IMG/VR virus record: IMGVR_UViG_3300010334_004649
DNA: 64,000 nt
Origin: an uncultured virus (IMG/VR IMGVR_UViG_3300010334_004649)
Lineage: Duplodnaviria > Heunggongvirae > Uroviricota > Caudoviricetes
Direction: 5' to 3' (one strand)
Below, piece after piece: positions 58,774 to 64,000 of this stretch. Positions within the stretch are counted from its first letter, which is position 1, and every line of letters begins with the position of its first letter. The position numbers were made by a program, and so were the translations under genes. The notes under the pieces were generated by a model that saw only the letters and a list, made by a program, of their open reading frames with translations, was not told the origin of the DNA and did not search any database.

Positions 58774-58803
58774 TTAGTGTAGTTCTCATGAGAACTACAC
58801 TAA
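58774..58803. repeat. Perfect 30-bp palindrome between tRNAs
   Basis: TTAGTGTAGTTCTCA|TGAGAACTACACTAA. Confidence 0.92.
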
Positions 58804-58811
58804 ATTTTATT

Positions 58812-58895
58812 TGGTTCGGGTGGCAGGCTTCGAACCTACAGTGCTTGCGCGGGAGATTAACAGTCTCCTGGATTTACCAATTCTCCTACACCCGA
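58812..58895 (-). tRNA. tRNA-Asn(GTT), 84 nt, extended variable region
   Basis: TCGGGTG/CACCCGA, A73, CCA; GGAGA-CTGTTAA-TCTCC; variable CGCGCAAGCACT. Confidence 0.85.
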
Positions 58896-58969
58896 TCATA
58901 TACTATTTTAAACTGCGATTTGTGCGTGTCAACCAGATTGCCTGTTATTGTCAAGAGGTCACTTGTTGA

Positions 58970-59239
58970 TTAGAAGCCCATAAGGTAACGTGCCAAACCA
59001 AAGCCATAGATACTGCAAATTGTGCCGCTACAGATCACCATGCTCCATTTGCGCCATTGTAGACCTACAATAATCCAAAGACCATTAGCTGTGAGACCAA
59101 ACAGTATATTTAGAGGCCAAATATCAACAGCAGTCAACATCACACTGATCAACAGAGTGGAGGTTGCTGCCCATTCTAACCACCTTGTAGTTTGCATGAA
59201 GTTTCCTTGTTGTAGTTCAATTGCCGTAATCGATTGCAT
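58970..59239 (-). CDS. Small membrane protein
   Basis: Three hydrophobic segments; likely starts at MQTTRW. Confidence 0.6.
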   Translation of the reverse strand: MQSITAIELQQGNFMQTTRWLEWAATSTLLISVMLTAVDIWPLNILFGLTANGLWIIVGLQWRKWSMVICSGTICSIYGFGLARYLMGF

Positions 59240-59345
59240 TTATGTCTCACCATGTAACTATATCATGTTTTGGGTCTATGTCAACCAGATATTTTGCATG
59301 AAACTAATAAATATTCTGCAAGTTGACAAAACTGGGAGTTATATC

Positions 59346-60041
59346 ATGTCATTGAGACTGTTCAACAACAAATATGAACCTATGGGTGGCACTGACTATG
59401 TTGGCGGAATAGGTGATCTCTGGGTAGATCTGGTAACAGGGCTGCTGCATTTCAGCGATGGCATGAATCCCGGTGGCAACACTGTGGTTTATACCAATAA
59501 CGCCAATATTACCACAATCCCAGATGATTTGTTTGTGTATGGCACAATTTACGCAAGCCAGGGATCAGCTACCAACGGTGGCTATACATTCATCAACGAA
59601 GGCGGGGCTGATACAGGGATGTACTCGCCAGGTGATGGCGATCTAAGGTTTTACAGCCAGGGGAACCCTGCACTGCGAATACCACCTGGGGCTGGCAATG
59701 TCACAATATATGGCAGCATCTATCAAGCCTATGGCAACACACATGTTGGCACCACCTATGCATATGATGTCAGCGGACAGAAGTTGACAGTGTCAAATGG
59801 TGGTACAGTAAACTTCCCTAATTTCTCAGGATCAATTGTGGTCAATGATCAAAATGGGGGAAATGTTGAGTATTGGTTGGCAGGAGGTGGTGCAGGCGCT
59901 ACGGTTCGCATAGCCAATACACGACCATCCAACAACACTCTGACCTATAATGCAGGTCTCAGTGGTTACGTTTGGACCAACAACAGTGGCGGTACCGGCC
60001 CGTTCACCTTTGCACCTATACGCATGCGCACAGTGGCCTAG
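59346..60041 (+). CDS. Putative fibre/virion protein
   Basis: TAAATA 59308, GGAG RBS; YVGGIGDLWVD...DGMNPGG; DTGMYSPGDG. Confidence 0.65.
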   Translation: MSLRLFNNKYEPMGGTDYVGGIGDLWVDLVTGLLHFSDGMNPGGNTVVYTNNANITTIPDDLFVYGTIYASQGSATNGGYTFINEGGADTGMYSPGDGDLRFYSQGNPALRIPPGAGNVTIYGSIYQAYGNTHVGTTYAYDVSGQKLTVSNGGTVNFPNFSGSIVVNDQNGGNVEYWLAGGGAGATVRIANTRPSNNTLTYNAGLSGYVWTNNSGGTGPFTFAPIRMRTVA

Positions 60042-60655
60042 CCGCAGACAAGATTTTCAGTCAGCGACTGCCAGGTGGTCATGCCTGGCCAGTCGGCTGC
60101 CCACAGCGTGACTTCATAGACACTAACACCCTTGCTGCCACTGCCACTCAAGCAACAGATGCCAGTGTCTTCGAACAATTCTCTGAAACCCCCGTCCAGA
60201 TAGCCACAAGTGTCTATGTGCAACTCACCGTACCAGCCTGGACCACCTAGGGGTAGATCTGGATCTCCAATCCAGTTCTGCTGTTGGCCGCGAGGGGCAC
60301 AGTGAGCGTTGCGGAGAAAGGGTTTCCACTGCATGTGGTCAAAATACAAGTTTGTAATCTGCCAAACATGCGGGTTGTTTTTGGTGATGGTCGGACGACG
60401 GCGGTATGGTCCATGCATCACATAATGTCGATCTTCCAGCAGCGTTTGATTTGACAGGACCCAGGCTGCAATATCGTCTGTGCACACAGCAGTGGCCCAC
60501 AGTGTCTGCAGTGTGGTGTGACATGCGGACAAGCGAGCACTGCGGATCTGTGCAGCCTTTTGCTGGCGCAGCCACCGACGACGATGGCCATTGTAGGCCG
60601 ACTGGTGTTCAAAGATCTTGCCGGTATCTGGGCACTTGTAGGCTGTGATCTTCAT
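60038..60655 (-). CDS. Hypothetical phage protein
   Basis: AYKCPDTGKIF; NAHCAPRG. Confidence 0.6.
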   Translation of the reverse strand: MKITAYKCPDTGKIFEHQSAYNGHRRRWLRQQKAAQIRSARLSACHTTLQTLWATAVCTDDIAAWVLSNQTLLEDRHYVMHGPYRRRPTITKNNPHVWQITNLYFDHMQWKPFLRNAHCAPRGQQQNWIGDPDLPLGGPGWYGELHIDTCGYLDGGFRELFEDTGICCLSGSGSKGVSVYEVTLWAADWPGMTTWQSLTENLVCG

Positions 60656-60701
60656 GCAGCATGGTCCCTGCCAGGAGGTTTCACTATCATAACAGTCTGT
60701 G

Positions 60702-61595
60702 TCAAACCGTCAACCTGTATCTTGCCAAGACCGCCTGCAGGTCTGTGATCAAACTGTTCAACTCGGGTACGCGAGCGATAGCAGCATCAAGATTGCCATA
60801 ATGGTGTTCAAGACATTTCAGGAGTAGATCTTTGATAGCAGCCTCGTTTGGTTCCATTCTGAGGCTGCTAGATGCATACAATGTTTCAAGTGTGGATTCC
60901 TTCTGCTGGAACCAAGTTTCTAATTTTTCAAACGACCATTCACCTCGACGAATACTTTTCAAAATTTCGCGATCTCTTTGGAGGTCTAGATCTTGGGTCG
61001 CCAGCAGTTGTTCGCATTCGAGCGCAAGCCTAACTACATGATAGGCAAATTTGGTGTCCATACCAAATTTTTCAATGTCAGCAGCGCGCTTTGGATTTGA
61101 ACTGTTGGTTTTATTCCTGATTTTGCTCATTTGAGCATACGCATAACCTCGAAGTTTGAAGTAGCAACCTCTGTGGAAGAAAAGTTTGCGATTTTCCAGA
61201 ATGAGTTCTCCAACAGCTGTTGTGTGGATGACACAATTACGAGGCACCGATAATGAATCTAGCATATTGGGATTGTTGTCCATGCACAGTTGGAAGTATT
61301 TCACAATGCCCCAGACTGAGAAGTCCATTTCCACAGCCCGATTGGGATCCTGGATATGATGCTCGCTCCACTGTTGAAAGCGCTGAATCTGCTGGCCAAA
61401 TCCGGGAATTTCACCCGCTAGGTGCGGAAACACCTGATCCTTGGGCGGCACTGCCACACCATAGATATCCTGATCGCTGGTGTTGGTACCGACACCATAG
61501 GCTGCACTGCCCATGATCACCAACAGCACTGTGTTGTCTGGCAGCCAGCTCGGCGGGTGTATGAGATTGCGCTTGGTTAGATCCTGCAGCAGCAT
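60702..61595 (-). CDS. Pol-beta superfamily nucleotidyltransferase
   Basis: GSAAYG...SDQDIYGV, NNPN, KFAYHVVRL, IRRGE. Confidence 0.85.
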   Translation of the reverse strand: MLLQDLTKRNLIHPPSWLPDNTVLLVIMGSAAYGVGTNTSDQDIYGVAVPPKDQVFPHLAGEIPGFGQQIQRFQQWSEHHIQDPNRAVEMDFSVWGIVKYFQLCMDNNPNMLDSLSVPRNCVIHTTAVGELILENRKLFFHRGCYFKLRGYAYAQMSKIRNKTNSSNPKRAADIEKFGMDTKFAYHVVRLALECEQLLATQDLDLQRDREILKSIRRGEWSFEKLETWFQQKESTLETLYASSSLRMEPNEAAIKDLLLKCLEHHYGNLDAAIARVPELNSLITDLQAVLARYRLTV

Positions 61596-61643
61596 GTGAT
61601 GTCTCCAATTGACCTGTGCATGCTAGCAGATCTGCAGCAGTTG

Positions 61644-61889
61644 TCAACACCAGATCAGACGGAACCACACAACTGTTTCAGCTGTGACCATGTTGTCGTC
61701 AAATAGCACTCTGATACGGTTTTCACCTGGTGACCATTCAGCAAGCCAGCCTTGGCCACTGCATGAATACAGACCTTTGCCTCTGGGTCCCACGTGATCT
61801 GACAGCCAATTGCTGATCAGTACCAAATGTGTTATGGCACCAGTGATGCCACCTGTTGTAGCTGATTCGCCAATGAATACCACTGTCAA
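61644..61889 (-). CDS. Small hypothetical protein
   Basis: Ends WFRLIWC. Confidence 0.5.
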   Translation of the reverse strand: MTVVFIGESATTGGITGAITHLVLISNWLSDHVGPRGKGLYSCSGQGWLAEWSPGENRIRVLFDDNMVTAETVVWFRLIWC

Positions 61890-62098
61890 CGGTCATATCC
61901 CCAGGTCAGCAGAAACTGCGCAGCAGATTCCCTGTCAACAAACACCACACGGCCGCCGCCGATCCATGAATAGGCGCGCCCTGCTAGATTTTCTTGACAC
62001 CAGTCTATAGCTGACAGGATATCATAGTTGCCTTTCAGTTTATGTTCAACCATCCACGGGTAGCCGCGTATTTGCCATGCTAGGTCGGCTTTTTGCAT
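61886..62098 (-). CDS. Small hypothetical protein
   Basis: DWC...FVDRESAAQFLLTWG. Confidence 0.6.
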   Translation of the reverse strand: MQKADLAWQIRGYPWMVEHKLKGNYDILSAIDWCQENLAGRAYSWIGGGRVVFVDRESAAQFLLTWGYDR

Positions 62099-62207
62099 TC
62101 AACAGGGACCTTTGGTAGACCATCAAGATGATCACTAAAATATTTAACGCAGCATTTGTCAGTTGTCAACTCCGCCAGTCTCTTGGATGAGAATAATAAA
62201 TATCCAC

Positions 62208-62936
62208 ATGAAACTTGTGGAAATTATAACGCTGCGGCAATTAGCAGCACTAGAGCAAGCACTGGGCAGACGTGGACTGTTGAGAGGTTTGTTGGGCACA
62301 GCAGCCAGTAGCAGCACCGCTCAGGCCAAACGTACCGCAGCCACTGAACCAAAACATCACACCAGTGCCAAGACTCTGGACAGTGATAAACTGCAAAAGT
62401 CAACTGACAGCACGGCGATGTCTGCTGATCGTCGCAGAGAGCAGGCCATAGCAGGCGCTGCACAAGCAGCAGGTATAACTGGCCGCGAACTGGCAGCATT
62501 TCTCGCTCAGTTGGCTACAGAAACTGGTGGGTTCCTGCACCTCGAAGAACGTGGCAATCCCAATGAGTGGAACCAGAAATACGGCCCAGAAGGCAATGCT
62601 GCTGTGGCACAGATTTTGGGCAATTCGCTGCCAGGAGACGGAGCTCTGTTTCATGGTCGTGGTCTGATTCAATTGACGGGACGCAGCAACTACAACAGAC
62701 ATGCCGGTTTCATTCTGGGCAAGAGTGGGAAATGGACAGAGAAAACAGCAGGCAAACTCAGTGACATGTCTACGGCCACAACAGTGGCAATTGATTTTTG
62801 GAAAACACGAGTGAGACCCAGGGTCAACAACTGGGATGATGTAGCAGCAGTGACCAAGGCCGTCAATGGCGGTCAACGAGGCCTAGAAGATAGACTGAAG
62901 AATTATGCCTGGTACAAGGCACAGATGAAATTGTGA
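62208..62936 (+). CDS. Glycoside hydrolase family 19 (chitinase-like muramidase)
   Basis: AAFLAQLATETGG, GRGLIQLTGRSNY, TKAVNGG; TAAATA-N5-ATG. Confidence 0.88.
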   Translation: MKLVEIITLRQLAALEQALGRRGLLRGLLGTAASSSTAQAKRTAATEPKHHTSAKTLDSDKLQKSTDSTAMSADRRREQAIAGAAQAAGITGRELAAFLAQLATETGGFLHLEERGNPNEWNQKYGPEGNAAVAQILGNSLPGDGALFHGRGLIQLTGRSNYNRHAGFILGKSGKWTEKTAGKLSDMSTATTVAIDFWKTRVRPRVNNWDDVAAVTKAVNGGQRGLEDRLKNYAWYKAQMKL

Positions 62937-63099
62937 GAAAAACGCAGTTTTTTTGAGATTCTTATCAATGAATTCAAAGACATATAACTGAAATTTTTAG
63001 GCTATGCAGTTCTGCTCTATACTGCTAGGTTTTGCAGAGATCCAGTTGTAGTTCACTTTGCACGCACATGTGGCCCTATTTGGTATGACAAATCTGCGG

Positions 63100-63176
63100 T
63101 GGTACCAGGGATCGGATTCGAACCGACACTGTAGAGATTTTGAGTCTCCTGCCTCCTGCCGTTGGGCTACCCTGGC
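63100..63176 (-). tRNA. tRNA-Leu(CAA), 77 nt, short variable loop
   Basis: GCCAGGG/CCCTGGT, A73, CCA; GGAGA-CTCAAAA-TCTCT; variable ACAGT. Confidence 0.88.
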
Positions 63177-63363
63177 ACAAAATCACGGGACTTAAGGATT
63201 TGATCCTGCCCTTGCAAAAGTTCACTTCACAAAATACCACAAATGAAATGTCTTGTCAACATTTAACTTTAACCATCAGTCTATGGAAACTACCGCGGAG
63301 CAAGCTGTTGCGGGATTTCGCGCGAAAAATAAATGCCATACGGAACAAACGCGATTTTCAGTA

Positions 63364-63440
63364 TGGTACCCGCAGAGAGATTTGAACTCTCAACACAGGG
63401 CTTTTAAGGCCCTTGTCTCTACCATTTGGACTATGCGGGC
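63364..63440 (-). tRNA. tRNA-Leu(TAA), 77 nt, short variable loop
   Basis: GCCCGCA/TGCGGGT, A73, CCA; AGGGC-CTTAAAA-GCCCT; variable GTGTT. Confidence 0.88.
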
Positions 63441-63496
63441 TCTGTGCCATCACAGCAGTAAATGAAATTTCTGTCAATCCGCCCAGGCTGGGCGGC

Positions 63497-63862
63497 CTAA
63501 TCGCTGATGTTTTTGGTGCTTATTTTGGTTACCAAACGCCCAGCAATTGCCAACAGCAGGATAGCAATGCTTTCGTTGATCAATGACATTCCATCATGAT
63601 CCTTGTTCTGCAGAATAATCAATCTGCAGATAGCTGTAATGGCAATAAACAGTGGTATTTTAATTGGAATATCATGTGATCCAAAAAATGCCGCAACCAT
63701 AGCCAGTACCTCAGCATAGATAAACAACTGCAGCATGTCTTTGAGTTCAAACAGTTGAGCAGTCCAGAGAGTATTCAACTCCGAACCAACTGCCCCAATG
63801 GCATAGGCTGCGATCACCAGCAGCACTGCTTTCTCTAGATACTGTATACCAATCTTTATCAT
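63497..63862 (-). CDS. psiE: PsiE-like phosphate-starvation membrane protein
   Basis: DMLQLFIYAEVLAMV...IPLFIAITAICRLIIL. Confidence 0.8.
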   Translation of the reverse strand: MIKIGIQYLEKAVLLVIAAYAIGAVGSELNTLWTAQLFELKDMLQLFIYAEVLAMVAAFFGSHDIPIKIPLFIAITAICRLIILQNKDHDGMSLINESIAILLLAIAGRLVTKISTKNISD

Positions 63863-64000
63863 AACAGACCCTTTGCTCTATACCAGCTGTGTCTCTTTAA
63901 CCACGCAACTCCTCAAGACCAACCCTCTGCATCGACCATGCCAAGGTTGAGAGCTCAGTTAGATGCACGCAGTTCTGCCAGATTGCGATTGTGCCCGCGT

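Noticed and set aside
63184..63215. Possible extra tRNA (T-arm-like AGGATCAAATCCT on minus strand)
   Set aside because: No acceptor, D or anticodon stems could be built

Overview
A 64-kb segment of a large T4-like (jumbo) myophage genome, with no bacterial chromosomal context. Host is probably an alphaproteobacterium (inferred from a permuted tmRNA with a GGCAGUA T-loop, a SleB-type hydrolase and a PhaR-like operator). It holds: the intein-bearing 3' end of a DnaB/gp41-like helicase; putative virion genes under TAAATA late promoters; class Ia RNR; type II topoisomerase; glycosyltransferases; host-like genes (speB, speD, tilS, iscA, clpX, clpS, infC, rpsU, hsp20, csp, psiE, Smr); tmRNA; four tRNAs. 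Most striking are the genes in pieces. nrdA is split over three ORFs, each with one of the three active-site cysteines. Pieces 1 and 2 appear joined by an atypical split intein (19-aa N half, GIY-YIG gene between). Pieces 2 and 3 have no intein, but a Lys-rich tail faces an acidic head. The topoisomerase large subunit is split by a second split intein with a duplicated block-B region and a perfect 40-bp palindrome at the break. Also notable: tRNAs with class-swapped variable arms, recurrent TAAATA-N5-ATG (probably leaderless) late genes, and a ribosome-rescue/proteolysis gene set. All calls are from motif reading by eye; no searches were run.
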